From positions 896,001-960,000 of the forward strand of contig CBDCUI010000008.1 of NCBI GenBank assembly GCA_965222615.1: 64,000 nucleotides of DNA, given 5' to 3'. Each line of letters starts with the position of its first letter. Positions within the stretch are counted from its first letter, which is position 1. This DNA is from Gammaproteobacteria bacterium (lineage in GTDB: Bacteria > Pseudomonadota > Gammaproteobacteria > UBA4575). A program made the translations under genes and the position numbers. The notes under the pieces were generated by a model. It made no database searches and had not been told where the DNA came from. It was given only the letters and a program-made list of their open reading frames with translations. Positions 39,741-50,012 of the stretch are shown piece after piece.

Positions 39741-40602
39741 TCAATGGAGGCTAGAGGATTTATCCATTACAAATTTTTCGTAGCACATATGAATGATAGT
39801 GAGCAACCATGAAACGAAGACAAAAGGAGCGGTTAAAGAAGGCCGACCTGAAATAATAAAAATTTGAGTAACAATAACAGCAAATACAATGCCAATAAGA
39901 GGGAATATAACAGGTTTTAAGTTTTGTAAAGCAATTGCAGTTAGCACAGCGCTAAATCCGTAGAGACCTTCTTGAATATTTAAGGCTGGAAAATTGAGGA
40001 TATGAGCAAGTAGCCAGGATAATGATGCGGCAACTACGGCCCATATAAAACTAGATTTTGAGCAAAGTAAAATTGCAACTAGCATGATTACCCTAGTTAT
40101 CCCATTTCCTTGTATATACACTTGCCCGATAGCTTCTCCTAAACCTGAGGTATAGATATTTTCGGTTGTATTGAGGACTTCAGTAGCAGGCTCTAGTTGT
40201 ATTATGTCTGACCCAAGTATTACTAACCATGTGATGAAAACAAAAGGTGCAGTAAATGCAGGAAGTTTGAAATATTGTGGGATCCACTTCGTAACAAATA
40301 CAGATAAAAAAACAACTTAAGACAAAGATACCTATGAATAATGGTGTAACTTGAAAAAAGTAGATATTCGCAATACCTATTAACGTAGCATTATATCCGT
40401 AGATCCCTAAAGCTGTGTCTTTGTTATCTAGCTTGAAAATTTTTGCAGTAGCAGTGCCAATGATTGTTCCAAAAAATGCACCCAGTGCCATTTTCCATGA
40501 ATGAAAAGCAATACTTGCTAATATTATTAAACCAGTTAATGCACAAGGCTGCACAATAACTTGAGCAATCCCTGACATTGAGCTTTTTAAAAAATGGATC
40601 AT
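39741..40602 (-). pseudogene. Urea channel (UT/Yut family), split by a 1-nt frameshift
   Basis: GIAQV, G.YGYN, PAFTAPFV in the first half; AIGQV, GLYGFSAVL, PSLTAPFV in the second; removing one T from the T7 run (40306-40312) joins both ORFs into 286 aa. Confidence 0.85.
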
Positions 40603-40900
40603 TTTAGTTTATGTTGGTTACAATCATTTCATTTGTAGTTATTGTTTTAATGATTCTAAGAAAGTAAGCGTACTTTGAATATTAATCATTTGTAACTTAA
40701 GTAATTATTATAATTAGAATAAATCATTTTTATTTTTTTATATAGAGATATAAACCTATGAATTCTGAAGATGATTATTGATGCTAGACGTAACATGACT
40801 TGTTCGTACAAAAGGGCACGGATACTCAAATGATATGTGTTATATTGCTTAGTGATATCACATAATCTAAATATAACTTTAATAAATATAGGTATTTAAT

Positions 40901-42058
40901 GTGGTCAAGTCTTCCTGGAAAGTTGGTGTTTTGTTTTCTAAAACAGGTGTGACATCTGTTATAGAGAAAACACAATTAAATGCTACTCTTCTCGCTATTC
41001 GTGAAATTAATGCAAAAGGTGGCGTCAACGGCCGCAGCCTGAAACCCATTGTTTATGATCCGCAATCCAATCCCGAAAATTTTCGGTTGCTTGCCAAGCG
41101 TTTAATTACAAAAGATTCAGCTAATATCATTTTTGGATGTTACATGTCTAGCACACGCAAGGCAGTACTTCCTATCGTTGAAGATTACAATGGTTTATTG
41201 TGGTATCCCACATTGTACGAGGGTTTTGAATACTCAAAAAATGTAATTTATACAGGTTCGGCACCTAATCAAAACAGCATGTTCTTGGCGCGTTATTTGC
41301 TAAATCAATATGGAAATCGTTTTTATTTTGTTGGTTCAAATTATATTTATCCCTATGAATCAAATCGCATCATGAAAGATATTTTGCAATCAACTGGTGG
41401 TAGAGTCGTAGCAGAAAAGTATCTACCTTTAGATGCAAGCAGAAAAGAAATTAATCCGATTTTAGTAGATATTTTAGAGAAACGCCCGAATGTAATTTTT
41501 AGCACTATAGTTGGTTCAGCGACAAGTAAATTTTATAAGAGTTATTGGAATGCAGGCTTGCAACCAAAACAAATGCCAATAGCAAGTCTTACCACAAGTG
41601 AGGCAGAAGTTACGGCAATGGGTCATGAGGTAGCAACAGGGCATGTTACCGCAGCACCATATTTTGAGTCTGTAGACACACCTTTGAATGCAAAATTTGT
41701 AAAAAACTATAAAGCTATGTTTGGAGCATTACAGTGTACAAATGCTTGTGCCGAAGCTGCCTATTTTCAAGTCCACCTTTTTGCTGATGTGTTGCGTCGA
41801 GTCGGTACATTGGATACCGAAATCATACGTACCGCAACACTTGGCACTATATTTGATGCACCTCAAGGAACTATACAAATTGATCCTGATAATAATCATA
41901 CATACTTAAGACCAAAAATAGGGCGTGTTGATCATAAAGGCATGTTTCAGATAGTTGCAGAAACAGATAGACCAGTAAAACCTGATCCATACTTAGTCGA
42001 CCTTGGTTCAGACAAAAGCCTAAATTGCATGAAATACTATGAAAGTGAGATTAACTAG
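40901..42058 (+). CDS. amiC: Amide-sensing negative regulator AmiC
   Basis: VGVLFS.TGVT..IE, FGCYMSS.RKAV.P, L.YPT.YEGFEYS; no signal peptide; adjacent to an ANTAR regulator and amidase. Confidence 0.9.
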   Translation: MVKSSWKVGVLFSKTGVTSVIEKTQLNATLLAIREINAKGGVNGRSLKPIVYDPQSNPENFRLLAKRLITKDSANIIFGCYMSSTRKAVLPIVEDYNGLLWYPTLYEGFEYSKNVIYTGSAPNQNSMFLARYLLNQYGNRFYFVGSNYIYPYESNRIMKDILQSTGGRVVAEKYLPLDASRKEINPILVDILEKRPNVIFSTIVGSATSKFYKSYWNAGLQPKQMPIASLTTSEAEVTAMGHEVATGHVTAAPYFESVDTPLNAKFVKNYKAMFGALQCTNACAEAAYFQVHLFADVLRRVGTLDTEIIRTATLGTIFDAPQGTIQIDPDNNHTYLRPKIGRVDHKGMFQIVAETDRPVKPDPYLVDLGSDKSLNCMKYYESEIN

Positions 42059-42060
42059 CT

Positions 42061-42663
42061 ATGGCACTTGAGATCTTAAAAGATCTACGCAAACTTAATG
42101 TGCTTGTCGTGCATCCGAATGATGAGCAGGGTAATGATATTTGCCAGCATATTGAACGCATCGGATGTAACGTGAGAATGGTTTGGCCTTGTCCTAAACG
42201 TATTAAACCTAATACCGACGTAGTATTTCTGCAAACTCTTCAAGATCAACCATTTACACAAAAGCCCACCTGGCTGAAAGACGATAAAAATAGTCCCACG
42301 ATTATTGCAATTGTAGATTATGAAAATCCAACGGTTTTACAGACTGCCTATGAGGTAGGAGCCCATGCAATTCTAAATACACCTGTTCGACCATTTGGAC
42401 TATTGGCTAATTTGGTAATCGGAAGGACTCACTGGCGTAAAGAATTGGCACTGGTTTCAAGAGTTAAGAAACTCGAAACAAAAATTAGAAAGATTCATGC
42501 AGTTGAGCATGCAATTGCAATACTTGAGCGGGCAAATGATATTAGTCGTGAACAAGCCTATGAATTTATTAGAACCAAAGCAATGGAACGTCGTTTAACT
42601 ACCGAAGACGTTGCCCAAGAAATTGTCGCAGCCGATAAAGCTTTAGAAGTCAATGTTAAATAA
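42061..42663 (+). CDS. amiR: ANTAR antiterminator AmiR
   Basis: Pseudo-receiver (LNVLVVHP...IGC.V..VWP; YENPTVL) plus ANTAR domain (A...L......S.EQAYE.IR..AM.RR). Confidence 0.9.
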   Translation: MALEILKDLRKLNVLVVHPNDEQGNDICQHIERIGCNVRMVWPCPKRIKPNTDVVFLQTLQDQPFTQKPTWLKDDKNSPTIIAIVDYENPTVLQTAYEVGAHAILNTPVRPFGLLANLVIGRTHWRKELALVSRVKKLETKIRKIHAVEHAIAILERANDISREQAYEFIRTKAMERRLTTEDVAQEIVAADKALEVNVK

Positions 42664-42785
42664 AGTTTCTGGAAAATTACTCTATATATTCATGAATATA
42701 TATAAGGGTTAATGAGCTCTTGACGTTTACTTGGATTTAGTCTAAAAAGTAAATAACACATCGCTATAAAATTAATTATTACATA

Positions 42786-42861
42786 GCAGGACCAATAACG
42801 CTCCTGCATGGTAGTTTGGGCAAAAAAGCCCTCAAGGAGAAGTTCCTTGAGGGCTTTTTTT
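42786..42861 (+). promoter_or_regulatory. ANTAR-type dual hairpin plus intrinsic terminator in the amiE leader
   Basis: P1 GCAGGA-CCAAUAACGC-UCCUGC; P2 GGGC-AAAAAA-GCCC overlapping terminator GCCCUCAAGGA-N5-UCCUUGAGGGC-U7. Confidence 0.85.
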
Positions 42862-43005
42862 ATGCGTGTGGAAAAAAAATTAGTTATGGAATGTTGGTTA
42901 AGGCCAAACAGGTTTGAAATAAAAATTTTATTCGTAATAAAACTGTCAATTTATTACCAATCTGTTCAGCGACATATGGTTATAAATAGACTAGGAGGAT
43001 AGATT

Positions 43006-44040
43006 ATGTATCACGGTGATATATCAAGTAGTAAAGATGCTGTAGGTGTTGCAGTAGTAAATTATAAAATGCCACGTCTACATACTAAAGCGGATGTTCT
43101 CGAGAATGCTCGCAACATTGCAAACATGATTGAGGGCATGAAAGTAGGCTTACCTGGAATGGACCTGGTCATTTTTCCTGAATATAGCACGCATGGAATT
43201 ATGTATGATGAAAAAGAGATGTATGAAACTGCATCAACTTGTCCAGGTGAAGAGACTGAAATTTTTGGTGAGGCATGTCGGAATGCAAAAGTTTGGGGAG
43301 TGTTTTCACTAACCGGTGAACGTCATGAAGACCACCCTAACAAAGCGCCGTATAACACACTGATTTTGATGAATGATAAAGGTGAGGTTGTACAAAAGTA
43401 CCGTAAAATAATGCCTTGGGTTCCGATAGAGGGCTGGTATCCGGGTAACTGCACCTATGTTTCAGAAGGTCCAAAAGGATTAAAAATTAGTTTAATCATT
43501 TGTGATGATGGCAACTATCCTGAAATTTGGCGTGATTGTGCAATGAAAGGTGCAGAATTAATTGTCCGTTGTCAGGGTTATATGTATCCGTCAAAAGACC
43601 AACAGATAATGGTGGCTAAGGCGATGGCATGGATGAATAACTGCTATGTTGCGGTGGCCAATGCTACTGGATTTGATGGCGTATATTCTTACTTTGGCTA
43701 TTCATCCATTATTGGATTCGATGGACGCACGCTTGGGGCGTGTGCTGAAGAGGATATGGGAGTTCAATATGCGAACTTATCTACTTCGCTCATCCGCGAC
43801 GCACGTAAAAATCAGCAATCTCAAAATCATCTGTTCAAACTTCTACATCGTGGTTACACAGGTAAAATCAATTCTGGTGAAGGTGATCAAGGTGTTGCAG
43901 AATGTCCCTATGATTTTTACAAGAAGTGGATTACTGATCCTGATGCAACCCGTGAAATGGTGGAATCCATTACTAGAACCACGGTTGGTACAGAAGAGTG
44001 TGAAATTGAGGGTATTCCAAACCCAAAAACACATCGTTAA
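43006..44040 (+). CDS. amiE: Aliphatic amidase AmiE
   Basis: [40 protein letters not shown]; GGAGG RBS. Confidence 0.97.
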   Translation: MYHGDISSSKDAVGVAVVNYKMPRLHTKADVLENARNIANMIEGMKVGLPGMDLVIFPEYSTHGIMYDEKEMYETASTCPGEETEIFGEACRNAKVWGVFSLTGERHEDHPNKAPYNTLILMNDKGEVVQKYRKIMPWVPIEGWYPGNCTYVSEGPKGLKISLIICDDGNYPEIWRDCAMKGAELIVRCQGYMYPSKDQQIMVAKAMAWMNNCYVAVANATGFDGVYSYFGYSSIIGFDGRTLGACAEEDMGVQYANLSTSLIRDARKNQQSQNHLFKLLHRGYTGKINSGEGDQGVAECPYDFYKKWITDPDATREMVESITRTTVGTEECEIEGIPNPKTHR

Positions 44041-44056
44041 TTTTGTAACTGAAGTG

Positions 44057-44087
44057 AAGGCGAAGGCATCATGTGTGTCTTCGCCTT
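44057..44087 (+). other. Hairpin between amiE and the cbbQ-like gene
   Basis: AAGGCGAAGGCA-N7-TGTCTTCGCCTT, with only a short U tract. Confidence 0.55.
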
Positions 44088-44142
44088 ACTTTCCTGCGGG
44101 TTGGTGTAATATTCAATCCTATGAGTTTCTTGAGTATTTAGA

Positions 44143-44940
44143 ATGAATCTTGATAGCTACTTAATCACGGATGAGCCTTATTACTCGCCTACGCATAACG
44201 AGATTCAATTGTTTGAAGCGGCCTACGCAAGTCGTATGCCAATGATGCTGAAAGGTCCGACAGGATGTGGCAAAACTCGTTTTGTAGAATATATGGCATG
44301 GAAACTTAAAAAACCTCTTATTACGGTTTCTTGTCATGAAGATATGACAGCATCGGACTTGGTCGGCCGCTATTTGCTCGATGCGGATGGCACAGTTTGG
44401 CACGATGGGCCATTAACCTTAGCAGTGCGATATGGAGCAATTTGCTACTTAGATGAAATCGTAGAAGCCAGGCAAGATACAAGCGTTGTAATTCATTCGC
44501 TAACGGACGATCGTCGAATGCTGTCGCTGGAAAAGAAAAATGAGGTGGTAAAAGCAGATAAAGATTTTCAAATCGTTATATCGTATAACCCAGGTTACCA
44601 AAGTGTTTTAAAAGACCTAAAAGAGTCAACCAAACAGAGATTTGGCGCAATCGATTTTGATTATCCAAAACCCGAAGACGAGGCAAATATCATTGCACAT
44701 GAGTCTGGTGTCGATAAAAAGATTGCTATGAAACTTGTGCAAATCTCAGAACGATCAAGAAATTTAAAAGGACATGGTTTAGACGAAGGAGCATCTACAC
44801 GCATGTTAATTTATGCTGCCCAGCTTATCGCTCAAGGCGTTTCATTAGAGGAGGCTTGCGAAGTGGCTTTGGTTTTGCCAATTACTGATGATCACGACAT
44901 CCGAAATGCATTAACTTCAGCAATCGCTGCTACAGCGTGA
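44143..44940 (+). CDS. CbbQ/NirQ/NorQ-family MoxR AAA+ ATPase
   Basis: [52 protein letters not shown]. Confidence 0.93.
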   Translation: MNLDSYLITDEPYYSPTHNEIQLFEAAYASRMPMMLKGPTGCGKTRFVEYMAWKLKKPLITVSCHEDMTASDLVGRYLLDADGTVWHDGPLTLAVRYGAICYLDEIVEARQDTSVVIHSLTDDRRMLSLEKKNEVVKADKDFQIVISYNPGYQSVLKDLKESTKQRFGAIDFDYPKPEDEANIIAHESGVDKKIAMKLVQISERSRNLKGHGLDEGASTRMLIYAAQLIAQGVSLEEACEVALVLPITDDHDIRNALTSAIAATA

Positions 44941-44950
44941 GGAAATAGTT

Positions 44951-47251
44951 TTGGTTGCGTCCACGACGCGAGGCAAATATGCGGTTTTCCCACGAAGTAA
45001 AGAATCGGATAGTTTTGATGCTGAATTAGCAGAACTGATTCAAGAAGGAAAATCTCATTTCTCTAAGCAATACTTCCCGCATTGGGAACGCGCTTGCCAC
45101 AAACTAGCCCATGCAGGTTATGGTAACTTAATTACTCTATCTTTTGTTCGTCACTCGCCTAAGTTAGTTAACTATATAAATCCTGAAGCAGCAATCAATT
45201 TAGCATCTACTGTTTCTCTTGCAGCAATTAAAGTTAACCGAGCGGCTCCAGAATTATTGCCTAAAGCTGCGGTAATAGCCGCACATGAATTACGATCAAC
45301 ATTAGCCTTCAACTCTTGGTTAGAAACAATAGAAGAGTTAATACGTGCTGCACCTGAATCAGTACTTGCTGTCTTAGAACGGACTCAAAAAATTCTTACT
45401 GCGTTAACACCACAGCAATTTAGATCGTGGGTGCTTGCCGGTTTGCGTTCGACTGGTGATGATACATTACGACAGATTCAATACTTTTCATTTATTGATC
45501 CTGAATCGGAAAAGTGGTTTCGCCATGAAGCTGGCGATCTGGTTTTTACAGATCTTGATAGGCGGTTAAAACTTTATCTAATTTCCCTATGGAACCTCAA
45601 TCCACCTATACGCGATCTTCCTCCTTCATCGTTACCACTATCGCTGAGGCGAATTTCAATTAGTAATGGGGTTGTGCAAATGCCGGAAGTGTTTCCGGGG
45701 TTTCATGGAGAACAAGCGGAAAATATCTTTAGAGCAGGCCTGGCACATGTGGGTGCGCATTTAATGCATTCAACTAAAAAATTTCCTTTAGGTGAGTTAA
45801 AACCTATCCAAGTCGCATTGGTATCGCTGCTAGAGGATGCGCGTGTAGAACATCTGGCGATGCAAACTTTTCCAGGTTTGCGTAAGCTTTGGTTACCATT
45901 TCATGTTGCAAAAGCAAGTGGACCGCTACTGGTGCCACATCTCTTTGCGCGACTATCGCGAGCACTGATCGATAACAATTATCAAGACCGCAATGCTTGG
46001 ATACAAAAAGCCAAGGATATGTTTTTTGATCCTGCCAATGATATGACTAATCCAGCAATGTGCAGAAAAATAGGCGTACTTTTAGGTAATGATTTAGGGC
46101 AGTTACGTGCACAATTTAATGTTAAAACTTATGTTATAGAACCACCATATCGAGATGACAATATGGGGCTATGGGAGTTTGGAGATTATCAAGGCGAAGA
46201 ACAAGATAATGATGGAATTTTTATCGAAGCCATGCGTATGGAGCAGGCAGAAGAAGATAGTTCATCACCAGATCAAGATCGAAAAGAAAGTGATGAGCAA
46301 AGTGAGCAACAATATCATGCGCGAGAGAGCTCTGACCAAGAAAGCCGTGAATCAGATGTAGCAGCTCGTTACCCAGAATTTGATTATCTCACTGGCTCTG
46401 AACGTCCAAACTGGACATGTGTCGTGGAATATTTTCCCGATTTTGGTGACGCCACTAAAATCGATAGAATTTTAGAGACACATTATGATTTAGTGACTCG
46501 TATCACGCGTCTCATTCAAGCCGCAAAAGTAAGTTTACCAGAACGTTTGCATCACCAAAGTGTTGGAGAATCATTGGATTTAGATGCATGCATCAGTGCA
46601 GTTGTCAGTCGAAGAATGGGTGAGATACCTGACCCAAGAATATATAGCACTACTGAACGTAAGCATCGTGACCTTTCTGTTTTGGTATTATTAGATATTT
46701 CTAATTCAACGAATGATCGTGTTGAAAAAGCAGGCGCCACTGTTCTTGAGCTTGAAATTCAAGCTACCAGTCTATTAACTTATGCGATGTCTGAGTTAAA
46801 TGACCCTTTTGCTATCTCCGCATTTTGCTCAGATGGAAAAGAAGATGTTCATTACTATCGTATTAAAAACTTTAACTCACCATACGATTCGACAGCACGT
46901 GCTTATTTAGCTGGATTACGTGGTAAATTATCTACGCGTATTGGTGCTGCGATGCGGCATGCAACGAATGATTTAATTACACAACGAACTCATAGAAGAC
47001 TTTTATTAGTGATATCCGATGGAGAGCCCTCGGATATTGATGTTAAAGATAAAAAATATTTGGTTGAAGATGCCCGTAAAGTAGTTCGATCGATATCACA
47101 CTTAGGAATCGATACTTTTTGTGTTGGTTTAGATTCAGGTGGCGATAATTATCTAAATAAAATTTTTGGAAGAAAAAATGTAGCGGTAATAGATAATATA
47201 GATCGCTTGCCAGAGCGATTGCCTATGCTTTATCTTCGTTTAACAGCGTAA
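44951..47251 (+). CDS. CbbO/NorD-family VWA adaptor protein
   Basis: EDARVE, YRDDN, YPEFDY, MIDAS LLDISNST...STR...SDGEP; start codon uncertain. Confidence 0.9.
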   Translation: MVASTTRGKYAVFPRSKESDSFDAELAELIQEGKSHFSKQYFPHWERACHKLAHAGYGNLITLSFVRHSPKLVNYINPEAAINLASTVSLAAIKVNRAAPELLPKAAVIAAHELRSTLAFNSWLETIEELIRAAPESVLAVLERTQKILTALTPQQFRSWVLAGLRSTGDDTLRQIQYFSFIDPESEKWFRHEAGDLVFTDLDRRLKLYLISLWNLNPPIRDLPPSSLPLSLRRISISNGVVQMPEVFPGFHGEQAENIFRAGLAHVGAHLMHSTKKFPLGELKPIQVALVSLLEDARVEHLAMQTFPGLRKLWLPFHVAKASGPLLVPHLFARLSRALIDNNYQDRNAWIQKAKDMFFDPANDMTNPAMCRKIGVLLGNDLGQLRAQFNVKTYVIEPPYRDDNMGLWEFGDYQGEEQDNDGIFIEAMRMEQAEEDSSSPDQDRKESDEQSEQQYHARESSDQESRESDVAARYPEFDYLTGSERPNWTCVVEYFPDFGDATKIDRILETHYDLVTRITRLIQAAKVSLPERLHHQSVGESLDLDACISAVVSRRMGEIPDPRIYSTTERKHRDLSVLVLLDISNSTNDRVEKAGATVLELEIQATSLLTYAMSELNDPFAISAFCSDGKEDVHYYRIKNFNSPYDSTARAYLAGLRGKLSTRIGAAMRHATNDLITQRTHRRLLLVISDGEPSDIDVKDKKYLVEDARKVVRSISHLGIDTFCVGLDSGGDNYLNKIFGRKNVAVIDNIDRLPERLPMLYLRLTA

Positions 47252-47292
47252 AATTGAGAATTATAAAAAGTAGAAATGCGGAGGATTGATAA

Positions 47293-49230
47293 ATGACTTC
47301 AGATAAAACCTACCCTGTCCCGCAAGCATGCGCCTCGAAGGCTCATATCGATGCGGCGCGCTACGAAACAATGTATCGTCAATCGATCGAAAACCCGAGT
47401 GAGTTTTGGGCCGCACAGGCCGAGAAGTTTGTCAGTTGGTATAGAAAGTGGGATCAAGTCTTAGATTGGGACTATCATACTGGTCGCATTCGTTGGTTTG
47501 ACGGTGCGAGTCTGAATGTTTCCTACAATTGCATCGATCGTCACCTTGAGACTCGCGGAGAACAAACCGCTATCATCTGGGAAGGCGATGATCCCAGTAA
47601 AGACCAGCACATTACCTATCGAGAACTACATCAAGAAGTAAGTAAATTCGCGAATGTATTAAAGTCTCGTGGTGTACAAAAAGGCGATCGTGTATGCATC
47701 TATATGCCGATGATTCCCGAAGCGGCGTATGCGATGTTGGCGTGTACACGCATTGGAGCAGTACATTCCGTAGTGTTTGGTGGGTTTTCTCCGGATTCCT
47801 TACGTGATCGTATTTTAGATTCCGACTGTCGCACTGTGATCACAGCGGATGAAGGCGTGCGTGGGGGCAAGAAAGTCCCGCTAAAAGCCAATACCGATAT
47901 CGCTTTGCAAGAATGTCCCAATGTCAGCACGGTGGTTGTTGTGCAGCGTACTGGTGGTGAGATTAATTGGGATGTAGATCGTGACGTTTGGTATCACGAA
48001 GCTATGCAAGGAGTGAGTGCAGAATGTGCGCCCGAACCCATGGATGCCGAGGATCCGCTATTTATTCTCTATACCTCCGGTTCTACTGGCAAACCTAAAG
48101 GCGTGCTGCATACTACTGCAGGTTATCTTTTATATGCGGCCATCACACATAAATACGTATTTGATTATCATGAAGGTGAAGTCTATTGGTGTACCGCCGA
48201 CGTGGGTTGGGTCACAGGTCATACCTATATCGTATATGGCCCCTTATGCAATGGCGCTATCACCATGATGTTTGAAGGTGTGCCCAACTACCCGGATGGT
48301 AGTCGTTTTTGGCAAGTCTGTGATAAACACAATGTTGCAAGTTTCTATACCGCGCCAACCGCGATCCGTGCCTTAATGAGTTTGGGTGATGATGTGGTTA
48401 AAAAAACCAGTCGCAACAGTTTGCGCATTCTTGGTACGGTAGGTGAACCGATTAATCCTGAGGCATGGGAGTGGTACTATCACGTGGTTGGAGATGGGCG
48501 CTGCCCGATTGTCGATACCTGGTGGCAGACCGAGACCGGTGGACATCTGATTACTCCATTACCGGGCGCCACTGATCTTAAACCGGGCTCAGCGAGCAAA
48601 CCGTTCTTTGGGATCCAACCGGCGATTGTCGATGAGCAAGGCCAGGAATTGGAAGGCGAATGTCAGGGCAACCTAGTCATGAAACACCCTTGGCCAGGAC
48701 AGATGCGTAGCGTGTATGGGGATCATCAGCGCTTTATTGATACCTACTTTTCACAATACCCGGGGCTGTACTTTAGTGGTGACGGCTGTCGACGTGATGC
48801 CGATGGCTATTATTGGATTACCGGACGCGTAGATGACGTACTCAATATCTCGGGACATCGTTTGGGTACCGCGGAAGTGGAGAGTGCCTTAGTGTTGCAT
48901 GAAAAAGTGGCGGAAGCGGCCGTCGTCGGGTATCCGCATGAGATCAAAGGTCAAGGCATTTATGCCTATGTCACGCCGATGGCCGGCATTGAAACCAGTG
49001 AGGCACTCAAAGACGAATTGATCCAATTGGTGCGCAAAGAAATTGGACCTTTTGCCAAACCGGATGTGATTCAGTGGGCGCCAGGTTTGCCAAAGACACG
49101 TTCGGGTAAAATTATGCGACGTATTCTACGCAAAGTGGCCGAGAACGATATGGATAATTTAGGCGATACCACTACCCTTGCGGATCCTTCGGTAGTTCAA
49201 GAGATTGTTGCCAATCGAGTTAATGTATAA
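47293..49230 (+). CDS. acs: Acetyl-CoA synthetase (AMP-forming)
   Basis: [33 protein letters not shown]. Confidence 0.97.
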   Translation: MTSDKTYPVPQACASKAHIDAARYETMYRQSIENPSEFWAAQAEKFVSWYRKWDQVLDWDYHTGRIRWFDGASLNVSYNCIDRHLETRGEQTAIIWEGDDPSKDQHITYRELHQEVSKFANVLKSRGVQKGDRVCIYMPMIPEAAYAMLACTRIGAVHSVVFGGFSPDSLRDRILDSDCRTVITADEGVRGGKKVPLKANTDIALQECPNVSTVVVVQRTGGEINWDVDRDVWYHEAMQGVSAECAPEPMDAEDPLFILYTSGSTGKPKGVLHTTAGYLLYAAITHKYVFDYHEGEVYWCTADVGWVTGHTYIVYGPLCNGAITMMFEGVPNYPDGSRFWQVCDKHNVASFYTAPTAIRALMSLGDDVVKKTSRNSLRILGTVGEPINPEAWEWYYHVVGDGRCPIVDTWWQTETGGHLITPLPGATDLKPGSASKPFFGIQPAIVDEQGQELEGECQGNLVMKHPWPGQMRSVYGDHQRFIDTYFSQYPGLYFSGDGCRRDADGYYWITGRVDDVLNISGHRLGTAEVESALVLHEKVAEAAVVGYPHEIKGQGIYAYVTPMAGIETSEALKDELIQLVRKEIGPFAKPDVIQWAPGLPKTRSGKIMRRILRKVAENDMDNLGDTTTLADPSVVQEIVANRVNV

Positions 49231-49392
49231 AGGTGTATTCAATATCTAAGTCTTTATAATTTATAGGGATTTTCATGAAAGGCAGTATTACCATTCATCG
49301 CTGTTTTTATACCGTATAGCCCCAAACGTGTAATTTAGCTGCAGTAGTTTGTTATTTCTATAGTATTGGTAGGGAGTTGGAGTTACCGAGTC

Positions 49393-49986
49393 ATGGAAGT
49401 TATTGACTCTATCTTATCTGTTTCGTATTTAAAGCTTGGGGTGATATTAATTGCCTTCTTATTATTTGTTTTGTGGGCATATCGAGTCAGTCAAAGAATT
49501 CGGCATAATTATAAGCTTGTTCAGCAGCGCAAAGCCGAGCAAAAAAGAATTCAAGAACTACGTAATCATTTCCAACATGACATTTCTACCTTCGTCAAAT
49601 CATATAGAAGTGACATCTCTACCAAACTGGAAAAAGGCAAAGTAGAAAATGGTTTATTTGTATTTTGGAGTGGTGCGGATAATATTCTTAAAGAATTTAT
49701 AAGTGATACATCAAATATAAATAGGTTGCCTAATAGAGAAGAAAGAGTTGCGATACGAAGTTTTTATACTGAAGCAAAATCATTAGTTGATGGGATACTA
49801 TATAACAACTATTTGTTAAAAAAATATCAATACTTGCGTTGCAAGATCAAGACAACAACAGCCACATCGGCAGAAATTGATGAAGTGGGTACCATAACGG
49901 AACAAATGTCATTACTAGGCACACAGTTACAACAACAACATCATGAATTGTTATCTAGTCTTCGAGCAGCAAAATCATATTTTTAG
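49393..49986 (+). CDS. Hypothetical membrane-anchored protein
   Basis: N-terminal TM helix followed by a helical/coiled-coil domain; start uncertain. Confidence 0.55.
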   Translation: MEVIDSILSVSYLKLGVILIAFLLFVLWAYRVSQRIRHNYKLVQQRKAEQKRIQELRNHFQHDISTFVKSYRSDISTKLEKGKVENGLFVFWSGADNILKEFISDTSNINRLPNREERVAIRSFYTEAKSLVDGILYNNYLLKKYQYLRCKIKTTTATSAEIDEVGTITEQMSLLGTQLQQQHHELLSSLRAAKSYF

Positions 49987-50012
49987 TACTATCTAAATAT
50001 AAAATCCTATAT

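Noticed and set aside
42808-43002. 64-aa ORF upstream of amiE as a leader peptide
   Set aside because: It runs through the P2/terminator structure, has no clear RBS or recognisable content; the RNA structure explains the region better.
43646-44146. 166-aa alternate-frame ORF inside amiE
   Set aside because: Overlaps a well-conserved gene in another frame, TTG start, no motifs.
44143-47251. cbbQ/cbbO as evidence of carbon fixation or denitrification
   Set aside because: No Rubisco, carboxysome, nor or nir genes in the window, so no metabolic claim can be supported.
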